From a virus, in IMG/VR virus record IMGVR_UViG_3300012642_000011, positions 160,001 through 224,000 of that record: 64,000 nucleotides of DNA; one strand, given 5' to 3'. The notes below the pieces were generated by a model. It was given only the letters and a program-made list of their open reading frames with translations, had not been told where the DNA came from and made no database searches. Position numbers and translations under genes: made by a program. This document shows, piece after piece, positions 16,915 to 26,186 of this stretch. Numbering within the stretch: the first letter of the stretch is position 1; every line of letters starts with the position of its first letter.

Positions 16915-17994
16915 ATGGAATTTATCAAGTTGTGGTGGATGGCTTTTTGGAGACTGTCCTTTGTCAGCATCATCTTTTCTGAACATGGAAACGGTAGCGC
17001 ACCGTTTTTCCTTTCTCTTCTTTTTGCCACCATCATGATTGTTGGGTTCAAGAAGAGTCTTCACACATTCCCTGTTCTCAAGGCAACTAGAGGAGAGAAC
17101 CCTCTTATCAACCTTGAACTTGCTCCCACCATGCCCAATTCCCTGCCTGCCATCACCAACCTTCGCAATGATTACATGGCTAAGGAAGACATTGCTGTTG
17201 ATCACAACAATGATTTCTCTTACTCTCCTGTCTCAAACCTTCGAGACGACATCCGCCATCAGGACGAGATGACTTCCCCTGAGTATTCTGTTGAGAAAAA
17301 TTCTGCTGTCCGTGTACAGAGGTCATCCAATAAGGGTAGAATGACGGGATATGAGCCTTATCACATGGATAATACTCCTATCCCTTCATCTTCCAAGATG
17401 GTTGGCACACCGGGTGAGTCTCTTTCTTCTTCTTCCAGAATCTCTGAGAAGAACAAGGAAATGGGAACCAAGGGTGAGATGAATTTTGCCAAGGCTCTTA
17501 AGTCTACAGGAATCCTTGACGAAGTATACACCTTCTGGTCTGTTCCTATGCCTTCTGAGAGTCATCTTGACACCCCTGACAACAGACTGAATACAGACAT
17601 TGACTGCATCGTTGTCAGCAATGGTGCAATGTTCCTGATTGATTTGAAGTTTTATCGTTCAGGTGATGTCACCTACAAGAACGCAGGTGATAACAAGATT
17701 CACGCTGTAGACAATGTGACTGGCAACATTGTTGGTGATGATTACACCATGAGCAAGAACATGGAAATCGCTAAGGAGAGATTCTCTAACTTCTTCGGAA
17801 AGGCTATCGCTGTCAAGTCTGCTGTTGTCTTGATGCCCAACAACGATGGTGAGCCTATGGTAGCCAAGGATACACTCTGGACTGGTGACATTCCTGTTTA
17901 TAATCTCACTACGATGCTCAAGATGTTGAAGCATCAGAAGGGTGATACTGCACCTGAGGTTGTCCTTAATCCCCTCCGCGCTTTAAAGTGGTGA
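16915..17994 (+). CDS. membrane-anchored protein with a C-terminal NERD-like (PD-(D/E)xK) domain
   Basis: N-terminal hydrophobic segments; NTDIDCIVVSNGAMFLIDLKFY resembles the NERD motif. Confidence 0.45.
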   Translation: MEFIKLWWMAFWRLSFVSIIFSEHGNGSAPFFLSLLFATIMIVGFKKSLHTFPVLKATRGENPLINLELAPTMPNSLPAITNLRNDYMAKEDIAVDHNNDFSYSPVSNLRDDIRHQDEMTSPEYSVEKNSAVRVQRSSNKGRMTGYEPYHMDNTPIPSSSKMVGTPGESLSSSSRISEKNKEMGTKGEMNFAKALKSTGILDEVYTFWSVPMPSESHLDTPDNRLNTDIDCIVVSNGAMFLIDLKFYRSGDVTYKNAGDNKIHAVDNVTGNIVGDDYTMSKNMEIAKERFSNFFGKAIAVKSAVVLMPNNDGEPMVAKDTLWTGDIPVYNLTTMLKMLKHQKGDTAPEVVLNPLRALKW

Positions 17995-18042
17995 CAATTT
18001 GTTAGAATACTCCATGTCAAACATCAACAGAAGGAGACAAAC

Positions 18043-18657
18043 ATGGAGAAAGATTCTTTCAAGGAAAAGGTCTCTAAAGACGCAGATCATGTCATCAATG
18101 AGGTTAAGGACGGATTGGACTCCCCTAAAGTGAGAAGCCTTTCTGAAAAGGTAATCCCTAACCAGAAGAAGACAGACAATGAAAAGGTTCAGGAGTTCTA
18201 TCGATCCTTCAACCAGCATGAATTCATGGGAACAAAACCATCTCTTGAAGACATGACAGAGGACCGCATCCACTTAAAGATGAAACTCATTCTTGAGGAG
18301 TTCGTTGAATTGGTGGAGGCTGTCTACAATAAGGAAAGTGCTGACATTATTCAGGAAGCATGGGATAGAATTCATTCCGAAGAAACCTATCAGCCTATGA
18401 TTAAAGACACCATTGAGATGGCAGATGCCACTGCCGACCTGAAGTATGTCATTGAAGGATTTAACATAGAAGCAGGCATCCCTGCTGACGAGATCTTTGA
18501 TGAAGTTCACAGATCAAACATGTCAAAACTAGATGAGAACGGAAACCCCATCATTTCTGATGGAAGCGTTTACCCTCTTGGAAAGATCCTTAAGAGCGAA
18601 AGATACTTTGCTCCTGATATCCTCGGTATCATCAACGAACATAAAAGGAATGCGTGA
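18043..18657 (+). CDS. MazG-like / all-alpha NTP pyrophosphohydrolase-like protein
   Basis: EEFVELVEA...EE motif pattern typical of MazG-type NTP-PPases; moderate similarity only. Confidence 0.35.
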   Translation: MEKDSFKEKVSKDADHVINEVKDGLDSPKVRSLSEKVIPNQKKTDNEKVQEFYRSFNQHEFMGTKPSLEDMTEDRIHLKMKLILEEFVELVEAVYNKESADIIQEAWDRIHSEETYQPMIKDTIEMADATADLKYVIEGFNIEAGIPADEIFDEVHRSNMSKLDENGNPIISDGSVYPLGKILKSERYFAPDILGIINEHKRNA

Positions 18658-18664
18658 TAATAGC

Positions 18665-19336
18665 ATGAAGAAAAAGTCTATCACATCAGCAGTAGTCCTC
18701 ATGGGGTCTCTTCTTCTTTCTGGGTGTTCATCATCTGGCTCAGAGCCAATTGACATGAATGATGCACAAACAGGGATCACTACTTTTTACAATAACTACG
18801 CTGAAAAGATCTCATCTGAAGATTTCAATACTGCCCCAGTGAATGATTTCCTCAAATCTAAAATTGACCACAAGGAATCAAAGGATTACTCTGCAACTGT
18901 AGTAAAAGAGATCTCTAAGATGAGCAAGAGTGATCTTGATTCCCTCAATGAGAACATCAACAAGACCATCAATCTGGATGATTTCGTTGAAGAGGAAGAA
19001 TTAAATACAAAGCAGAAAGCAATCCTTGGGTACATGCTGGTTGCAGATTCTTCACGATTGGCATCTTTGAATGTTTCTCCTGAAATCAAGATGGCAGATG
19101 ATGCCATTGCTTTGACTGGTGATAACAAGATTACTATCAAGACAGATGCAGGAGACAGGGTAATCAAAGAGGAAAAGGGGTATGTCAAAGCATACTCTGA
19201 TTCCATCACTGATGCTGCTGGTACGCCTGTTGACATCATGAACCTTGATGTGATATACTTTGATAAGAATTCTGATGGAAACTGGAAGATCAGTGGAAAA
19301 GAAACCATTGATATGATGGAATCTATCAGTAAATAA
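18665..19336 (+). CDS. lipoprotein
   Basis: MKKKSITSAVVLMGSLLLSGC lipobox (LSGC); start inside ORF 18533. Confidence 0.55.
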   Translation: MKKKSITSAVVLMGSLLLSGCSSSGSEPIDMNDAQTGITTFYNNYAEKISSEDFNTAPVNDFLKSKIDHKESKDYSATVVKEISKMSKSDLDSLNENINKTINLDDFVEEEELNTKQKAILGYMLVADSSRLASLNVSPEIKMADDAIALTGDNKITIKTDAGDRVIKEEKGYVKAYSDSITDAAGTPVDIMNLDVIYFDKNSDGNWKISGKETIDMMESISK

Positions 19337-19394
19337 TGATGTTACACAACTGAATATGTAATCCATCAGCAGCCTTGAGAAAGGCTGCTGACAT

Positions 19395-19738
19395 GGGCTT
19401 GACAGGTTTCGATTGGCAACGAAAAAAGTCAGATGCAAGTCACCTTTGGGTAAGAGGTGTAAAAAAGATCCAAAAAAATAATTGCAAACTCTGCAAAGAA
19501 CGATTTCGCCCTAGCTGCGTGATCCATCAGTGTGGTAACTCTGGTTTCTGGTCCACACTGGTGTCGCTTTAAGAAACCACCATCATTCCTTCGCCATAGG
19601 GGAATGAAATGGTACAATATGGCAACATCTATGAAAGGGTCTGCCATCGCTTTCATAGATTACTCAATGGCAGTAAACTTGTGAACGAATCTTTCTTTGG
19701 AAATTGTCAAGACCCCGGTTCGATTCCGGGCAGGTCCA
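19395..19738 (+). ncRNA. ssrA: tmRNA (ssrA), tag peptide ANSAKNDFALAA
   Basis: 5' GGGCTTGACAGGTTTCGATTGG resembles the tmRNA 5' end and pairs with 3' CAGGTCC (acceptor). The internal reading frame GCA AAC TCT GCA AAG AAC GAT TTC GCC CTA GCT GCG TGA ends in ALAA-stop, and the 3' T-arm is CCCGGTTCGATTCCGGG. Confidence 0.75.
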
Positions 19739-19768
19739 CTCTCAATTTAAGGTATTGGTGATGAAAAG

Positions 19769-20851
19769 ATGCGGAAAGACTCTGCGTGGAAATCTTCGAT
19801 TGTACAAACATTAAAAGAAAACGCTAATCTTATCACTGCATTCACTGCTCTTGTAGTGTTGTTCAGTGGAATTGCCATCGTCAACAATCCTTCTCAATGG
19901 TGGGTGCCACTTATAGGTATATCATCCATCTTCCTTATAATTTTCTTGATGATGAACGCTAGAGTCATCATCAAGTCTACTGTAGCATTCATTGCTATCA
20001 TCTTACTTGCTTCCTTTGGGTTACAATTAGGATTCTTCTATGACCCCCTTGGCTCTGCAGGATTCTCATGGATGTCAATAACTATTGCTATCCCTCTTGC
20101 ACTCTTAGGAATCAGTTATCTCTTCCCCAGAGGAAGGAGTAGGTGGGGATCTCTTACCGCATCATCAATTGCTGGTTTCTTCACCACATATATCCTCTTA
20201 TTTGCACCATTGAATATTTATATTAACATTCTGATCGGTGCATTGGTCAACATAGCATTCTTCCTTGTCCCCTACTATGTCTTTGGCAAAACCAGATACA
20301 AAAAAGACATCATGCCTCAGAATGGTCTAACCAAAAATGCTTTGAATAGCATTACAACTGGTCTAATGAATGATGGATGGAACGTATCAGTTCTCAATTA
20401 TGATGAAGAATCAAATGAGGGTCAGGTATTGACATGGAAGGACAATAAAGCATTCCTTCTAGTGCCTTCTGTGTTAGACAATGAACTGACTCTTATTGGA
20501 AGCGCTAAAAAGCCTTCGCTTGGTTACAATGGAAAATCAATAAATCCATGGTTACTCAATATAATTTATAACAAGATCCCTTCATTGAGGTCAAAAAACG
20601 CCCCAATCACAGCTGTGATCTTGGATATGAGAAGTTCCAATGGAAATAATGCAAGATCTATTGGCGCATCTCTTCCTGACACAAAGAAAAGAATCCCCGT
20701 CGTGATTTCACCTGCTCTCAATGCAATCCAAAACAATAGAAAAATGGCTGATGTCATGGACATGATTGTACGTGAATCATCTGAATATTCCCATGATCTC
20801 AAGCCAAAACACCTGAAGGCGCTCGACAAGTTCTCTCGTCTATCTCTTTGA
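19769..20851 (+). CDS. polytopic membrane protein with a soluble C-terminal domain, hypothetical
   Basis: Five or more hydrophobic helices in the first 180 aa. Confidence 0.5.
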   Translation: MRKDSAWKSSIVQTLKENANLITAFTALVVLFSGIAIVNNPSQWWVPLIGISSIFLIIFLMMNARVIIKSTVAFIAIILLASFGLQLGFFYDPLGSAGFSWMSITIAIPLALLGISYLFPRGRSRWGSLTASSIAGFFTTYILLFAPLNIYINILIGALVNIAFFLVPYYVFGKTRYKKDIMPQNGLTKNALNSITTGLMNDGWNVSVLNYDEESNEGQVLTWKDNKAFLLVPSVLDNELTLIGSAKKPSLGYNGKSINPWLLNIIYNKIPSLRSKNAPITAVILDMRSSNGNNARSIGASLPDTKKRIPVVISPALNAIQNNRKMADVMDMIVRESSEYSHDLKPKHLKALDKFSRLSL

Positions 20852-20915
20852 TAGAATAGAAGAACAAGAACCGGATCAAGAAAATATTCTGATCCAATGA
20901 AACATTGGAGTGCAT

Positions 20916-22397
20916 ATGAGTAACTACGACTTCGCGCACCTTCATGTTCACTCACACGGGTCTTTGTTGGATGGATTTTCCAAGCCTGAAGAGTATATTG
21001 AAGCTGCCTTGAAAAACGGACAGAAAAGCCTTGGGTTGACAGACCACGGAAACAACTTCCTCACCTATGAGTTCATCAAATTAGCAAATGACAAAGGCAT
21101 TCGACCCATTCCAGGATGTGAGTTCTATGTTGCTCCGCAAAACCCTGAGGGAGCATTCTGTCAAGAGAGAGTATTCTATGGCACACCATCTCAGAAAAAA
21201 GATGATGTTTCTGCCAATGGCGCATATCTTCACCTGACTGTATGGGCTATAAATAATACAGGATTGAACAATCTCTTCAAACTTTCTACTCTTTCCTATG
21301 ACCCGAATAGACAGTTCATGAACACCAAGAAGCCCAGAATTGATTTCGATCTTCTTGCTGAGTACTCTGAAGGTCTCGTTGTCTCTACAGGATGCCCCTC
21401 ATCTGAGGTATCTACACGACTTCGACTTGGACAAGAAAAAGAGGCATATGAGTATGCTTCACGTCTAAAAGATGTGTTTGGTGACAGACTCTTCGTTGAA
21501 ATCATGGATCACAAGATGACTATTGATCTTGAAAAATCACTTCTTCCTCAGCAAATGGAACTTTCTCGTAAACTAGGCATACCTCTTCTTGCCACCAATG
21601 ACGCACACTATGCATACAAAGAAAATGCTAAACCTCACGAAGAAATGCTTGCTCTACAAACAGGAAGTAAGATGAGTGAACTTCCTTATGATGAAGATGG
21701 TGGAACTCGTTTTGCCTTCAATGGCAGCGGTTACTACCTTAAGTCATCGGAGGAAATGTATCACCTCTTCCCTGACCATGATTTCCCAAATGCCAACAAG
21801 AACACTCTACTCATTGCGGAGATGGCGTCAGACATCAAGTTGCAATACAACCCGCATTTGAAACCCACGCCTTTCATTCCTGAAGGATTTGATAGTAGTT
21901 ATTCCTACTATCGACACCTCATTAAAAAGGGATTGAAAGAAAGGTATGGCAATCATCCTGCACACATCAAAGAAGAAGCAATGAGAAGAGCAAAGTACGA
22001 GATGGAAGTTATTTACTCTTCTGATTTTGTGGATTACATGCTAGTTGTAGAATCTTATTTGAACTGGAGTAAGGAAAAATTCTCTACTAGAAATTCAGAA
22101 GGAAAGATTATGGCATCTAGTATCGGAGCGGGAAGAGGATCTGTGGGTGGATCAATCCATGCTTACTGCCTCGGAATCTCAGAAGTTGATCCTATTCGCT
22201 TTGGATTGTTCTTTGAAAGGTTCTTGTCAGCAGGACGTGGACCTGAATACATGATTGAATTTAATGATGGAAGCCTTGAAAAACACGTTGCTTCCAACTC
22301 TTTCCTTGCTCAAAGAAACAAGGAAGAGCGTGAAAAAATGTACGTTCACCAGTTAAACGTTGGGGACACAGTATACTACGAACAGGAGCATTGCTGA
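20916..22397 (+). CDS. dnaE: DNA polymerase III alpha (DnaE) N-terminal fragment: PHP domain to start of palm, ending at ...ERFLSAGRGPE
   Basis: FAHLHVHSHGSLLDG (PHP) ... GRGSVGGSIHAYCLGISEVDPIRFGLFFERFLS. The ORF stops right where the PDID catalytic motif should follow. Confidence 0.75.
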   Translation: MSNYDFAHLHVHSHGSLLDGFSKPEEYIEAALKNGQKSLGLTDHGNNFLTYEFIKLANDKGIRPIPGCEFYVAPQNPEGAFCQERVFYGTPSQKKDDVSANGAYLHLTVWAINNTGLNNLFKLSTLSYDPNRQFMNTKKPRIDFDLLAEYSEGLVVSTGCPSSEVSTRLRLGQEKEAYEYASRLKDVFGDRLFVEIMDHKMTIDLEKSLLPQQMELSRKLGIPLLATNDAHYAYKENAKPHEEMLALQTGSKMSELPYDEDGGTRFAFNGSGYYLKSSEEMYHLFPDHDFPNANKNTLLIAEMASDIKLQYNPHLKPTPFIPEGFDSSYSYYRHLIKKGLKERYGNHPAHIKEEAMRRAKYEMEVIYSSDFVDYMLVVESYLNWSKEKFSTRNSEGKIMASSIGAGRGSVGGSIHAYCLGISEVDPIRFGLFFERFLSAGRGPEYMIEFNDGSLEKHVASNSFLAQRNKEEREKMYVHQLNVGDTVYYEQEHC

Positions 22398-22398
22398 G

Positions 22399-23487
22399 AT
22401 GAGCGATAACTACATGGAAATCTACAAGAAATACCGCCCTAATCGTTGGGAAGATGTTATTGGTCAGGACAAGACTGTTAAAAGCCTGAAGGTATCTCTT
22501 CTCAAAGACAGCCTTCCTACAGGATACGGCTTCTTCGGAAAAAGAGGAACGGGAAAGACCACTCTTGCACTCTTGTTAGCAAAAGCGGTCAACTGTGAGA
22601 AGATGTCTTCTACAGGCAACCCTTGTAATGAATGTTCTTCATGTGTCAGCATTGACTTTAACAATAACCCAGATGTGGTTTATGAGTCCATGGCTAACAA
22701 TGGTGGCGTAGAAGACGTAAGAAAGATGGTGGAAAAGGCAAACTTTGCACCTCTTTATAAGAAAAGAGTATTCATCTTTGATGAGGTTCATAATCTTTCG
22801 AAGGCTGCATTTGAATCTCTTCTGATTCCCCTTGAATCCCCCACGACAAAAGCCCTTTTCATCCTTTGCTCAACCGATCCCCAGAAGATCCCTGAGACAA
22901 TTTTCTCTCGTATCAAGAAGAGGAATCTCATGCTAGTAAGCAATGAGACTATGAGAAAGAAAGTCGAGGAGATTCTTGAGAAAGAGGGAGAGAGTCTTTC
23001 TGACGATCAAATTGATTCCATTGTCCGACAGGGAAAAGGATCTGTCAGAGATACTTTGAACATTCTTGAATCAGAACTCATTGATGTAAATGATGATGAC
23101 GATGATGAAGAAGAAGTAGACTTTTATAGTCTGTTGATTCACTCTGTCAGTGAACATGACATCAGTAAGACTTATAGGACAATTGCAGAAGCAACTGCTG
23201 CTGGTGTCTCAGGAGATGACCTTGCAGAACAGTTGTTCTCGGATGTGCGAGATCTGATGATCATTGCATCAGGGGGAGATAGGGAATTGACTCCTAACCT
23301 TCCAGAAGCAGACTATACGGCAGTGATTAAGGGCATGATGGGATTGGGAGGATTGAATATGGTGGCACAGAGCATTGGCGAAGCCATCAGCAAAATGGGA
23401 ATGAATGTAGATTCAAGAATCATGCTAGAAGTTGCTCTAGGCAACTCTATCAGAAAACTTAAAGCGGCTAAAGCAAAGAGGGGATGA
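22399..23487 (+). CDS. dnaX: clamp-loader subunit DnaX (gamma-like, domains I-III) with an acidic insert
   Basis: YRPNRWEDVIGQD, Walker A GKRGTGKTTLA, zinc module CNECSSC, DEVH box IFDEVHNLS, SRC-like TIFSRI. Includes a poly-Asp/Glu stretch DDDDDEEEVD. Confidence 0.8.
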   Translation: MSDNYMEIYKKYRPNRWEDVIGQDKTVKSLKVSLLKDSLPTGYGFFGKRGTGKTTLALLLAKAVNCEKMSSTGNPCNECSSCVSIDFNNNPDVVYESMANNGGVEDVRKMVEKANFAPLYKKRVFIFDEVHNLSKAAFESLLIPLESPTTKALFILCSTDPQKIPETIFSRIKKRNLMLVSNETMRKKVEEILEKEGESLSDDQIDSIVRQGKGSVRDTLNILESELIDVNDDDDDEEEVDFYSLLIHSVSEHDISKTYRTIAEATAAGVSGDDLAEQLFSDVRDLMIIASGGDRELTPNLPEADYTAVIKGMMGLGGLNMVAQSIGEAISKMGMNVDSRIMLEVALGNSIRKLKAAKAKRG

Positions 23488-23495
23488 GATAATCA

Positions 23496-26183
23496 ATGAC
23501 TACAAACAATACCAAGACGATTACTAAGATCATTCCTCTTAGCCCTGGCTCTCCCCCTGACATTGATTCCGATTTCTCTCAAAAGAGTAGGGATCATGCT
23601 ATTCATCATGTTACTGAGAAATATGGAAGAGATAAAGTGTGCAGCATTGTCACCTTTGGAACCTTGAAGTCTAAGGGTGCTTTCAAATCCATGTGTACAA
23701 TTTATGATATCCCCTTCTCTACAGCCAACAAAATCACATCATTGATCCCAAATCCGCAAGAAGGTGTGCAGTTCGATCTAAGAGACGCATATAATCCCGA
23801 TGCGGATAGGTATGCCGAGGCGGAAGACTTCCGAAACGCTCTTGCTGACGACGATAGAATGAAGGATATTTTTGATGGTGCAGTCCAGATTGAAGGTAGG
23901 AACAGGACAACAGGAATCCATGCTGCTGGTATTGTCATTTCCCAGCAGCCTTTGATTGACTCAATCCCCCTTCAAGTTGTCAAGAAGGAAGACAAAGTAG
24001 TAAGCCAATGGGTTTATAAAGATCTTGAAAAAATGGGATTGATCAAGATGGACTTCCTTGGCCTTGAAACTATTGACATTATCCAAAGAGCAGTTGAGTA
24101 TGTTTTGAAGAATAACAAGGACATCATTTCCATGATTGATCTTATTCATGGTCCTATGGATGATCCTAAGGTTTATGATCTTTTCCAGAAAGGCAACACT
24201 ATCGGAATTTTCCAGTTTGGATCATCCATGGTGATAGACCTTCTGAAGAAAATCATGCCTACAAAGTTTGAGCATCTTTCCGCTACCACTGCTATCGCAA
24301 GACCTGGCCCTATGGGAATGGATTCTCATAACAAGTATGCTGCTCGAAAGAATGGGTTTGAGGAGATTGACTTCATCCACCCTGACTTCGATAATAGCCC
24401 CCTAGAAAAGATTCTAGGGGAGACTTATGGCCTCTTGGTGTATCAGGAGCAGGTCATGCAGATCGCCTCTGAGATCGCAGGTATGACGCTTCAGCAAGGT
24501 GATGATCTTCGAAGCGCCATGGGCAAGAAGAAGATTGCTGTTATGGAGAGCATGAAGCCTCTCTTCTTTGAAGGATCAATCAAAAATGGGTATTCTGAGG
24601 AAGCAGTTTCTCTTCTTTGGGATATCATTGCAGAAATGGCTAAGTACGGGTTCAATAAAGCGCACTCTGTATCCTACGCTATGAACTCATACCAATCTGC
24701 TTACTTGAAAGTCCATTATCCTGTTGAATTCATGGCTTCCTTGATCACACAGGCTACATCTAACAATGCTAAGAAGGATAAAGTTCTTGAGTATTTGAAA
24801 GAATGCAATCGCATGGGGATCAAGGTATTGACTGCAGATGTCAACTCATCTGATGTCTTTGTCTCCCCAGATTTTGCCAACGGCGGAAACAACATCATCT
24901 TCGGCTTGTCTGCATTAAGAGATGTTTCAGAAACCAATGCTGAAATCATTGTCAATGAAAGAGAGAAAAATGGTAAGTACACTTCACCTCAAGACTTCAT
25001 CAATAGATGCCACGCTCTTGGGATAAGAACAGCAAAAGTGTATGAATCTATTGCGTTATCTGGCGGATTTGATGGTTTTGGAATGTCACGAAAAGGAATT
25101 GTCGAAGCAATTCCAGCCATGATTAATTCTGCAAAGAAAAAGAATTCTTCTGGCGATTCTCTATTTGATATCTTTGAGGATCTAAATGAGATTGGAAATA
25201 TAAATATATCCGATGAAGAATATGATTTTGTTGAAAAATTAAAACTTGAGGCAAATACTGTTGGTCTATACTTGACAGGTCATCCACTGGAAAAGGTTGG
25301 CATTTCTTCAAGACTCAACACAATTGATTCCATCTTCAAACGGAACAAAAAGGATTCATACAATATTCTTTCCTCCATCACCAGTATTGAAGTCAAGCAA
25401 TCACGAGGTGGCGGAAACAAGGGCATCATCGTTGGTCTTGATGATGGCACTGGATACATGAACGCACGACTATCTAAGGAAGCAGTTAAATCAATCGAGA
25501 AATGGGAGGCAAGAGAAAAGCTAAAGAGTCTTTATTGCAAAGGAAGCAATGCTATCCCCGACTATCTTAAAGTACAAATCCTTAATCAGCATGTTCCTGC
25601 TAGACCGCCACTGGAAGTCAATGCTACGTACATTGCTAAAGTGTCCTATAACAGAGGATGGGGCGATGATGATTACAGGGCAACAATTGAATGGATCTTC
25701 CCTCTCAGGCTTTCCAAAGATGGAGAACTACCATTGAGGATGAGGTTTGAAATCAATAAAGACAACCATGAGAAAATGAAGAAAGCCTATGCTGGTCTTC
25801 CCAAAGTTATCTCTGGGAAGATAGAAGGCAATTCTCCAATCTTTAAGGCTGTTCACAAAGGCATTGACAATATTCCTGTATCTTCAGGTGACCTGCCCTA
25901 TTTCCAGGCACTTCAAGATACTAAGAGATTGTATATGGAGAATAAGACAACCACAGATCCACGAGTATGGCCTCCACAGGAGATCAGCGACAGGGTGAAA
26001 GATATTGTCAAAAAAGGAACAGTCTACTTTGAGGACCAAGAGGAAGCAATCGAATCACTTGAATATAAAGATTCAGGATATTCCACTGAGAAGTCACAAA
26101 GAGTAGAGATGGGGATTGAAAAATATCTTGGTCATAACTCTTATGATTTTGGTGTTCCGAAAACTTTCTTAAGAGAAGAGTAA
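23496..26183 (+). CDS. dnaE: DNA polymerase III alpha (DnaE) C-terminal fragment: palm (PDIDSDF) through fingers and beta-binding/OB region
   Basis: Starts ...LSPGSPPDIDSDF...KYGRDKV (palm Asp pair); GIHAAGIVIS, MDFLGL, YQEQVMQ, FNKAHSVSYA are DnaE hallmark blocks. Confidence 0.8.
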   Translation: MTTNNTKTITKIIPLSPGSPPDIDSDFSQKSRDHAIHHVTEKYGRDKVCSIVTFGTLKSKGAFKSMCTIYDIPFSTANKITSLIPNPQEGVQFDLRDAYNPDADRYAEAEDFRNALADDDRMKDIFDGAVQIEGRNRTTGIHAAGIVISQQPLIDSIPLQVVKKEDKVVSQWVYKDLEKMGLIKMDFLGLETIDIIQRAVEYVLKNNKDIISMIDLIHGPMDDPKVYDLFQKGNTIGIFQFGSSMVIDLLKKIMPTKFEHLSATTAIARPGPMGMDSHNKYAARKNGFEEIDFIHPDFDNSPLEKILGETYGLLVYQEQVMQIASEIAGMTLQQGDDLRSAMGKKKIAVMESMKPLFFEGSIKNGYSEEAVSLLWDIIAEMAKYGFNKAHSVSYAMNSYQSAYLKVHYPVEFMASLITQATSNNAKKDKVLEYLKECNRMGIKVLTADVNSSDVFVSPDFANGGNNIIFGLSALRDVSETNAEIIVNEREKNGKYTSPQDFINRCHALGIRTAKVYESIALSGGFDGFGMSRKGIVEAIPAMINSAKKKNSSGDSLFDIFEDLNEIGNINISDEEYDFVEKLKLEANTVGLYLTGHPLEKVGISSRLNTIDSIFKRNKKDSYNILSSITSIEVKQSRGGGNKGIIVGLDDGTGYMNARLSKEAVKSIEKWEAREKLKSLYCKGSNAIPDYLKVQILNQHVPARPPLEVNATYIAKVSYNRGWGDDDYRATIEWIFPLRLSKDGELPLRMRFEINKDNHEKMKKAYAGLPKVISGKIEGNSPIFKAVHKGIDNIPVSSGDLPYFQALQDTKRLYMENKTTTDPRVWPPQEISDRVKDIVKKGTVYFEDQEEAIESLEYKDSGYSTEKSQRVEMGIEKYLGHNSYDFGVPKTFLREE

Positions 26184-26186
26184 GAT

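Noticed and set aside
22290-23560. Split intein at the dnaE break (as in cyanobacterial DnaE)
   Set aside because: The N-fragment tail (40 aa) and C-fragment head (19 aa) are far too short for IntN/IntC. There is no Cys/Ser block A after the extein and no HN-Cys/Ser/Thr at the C-junction. Treated as a non-covalent two-piece DnaE instead.
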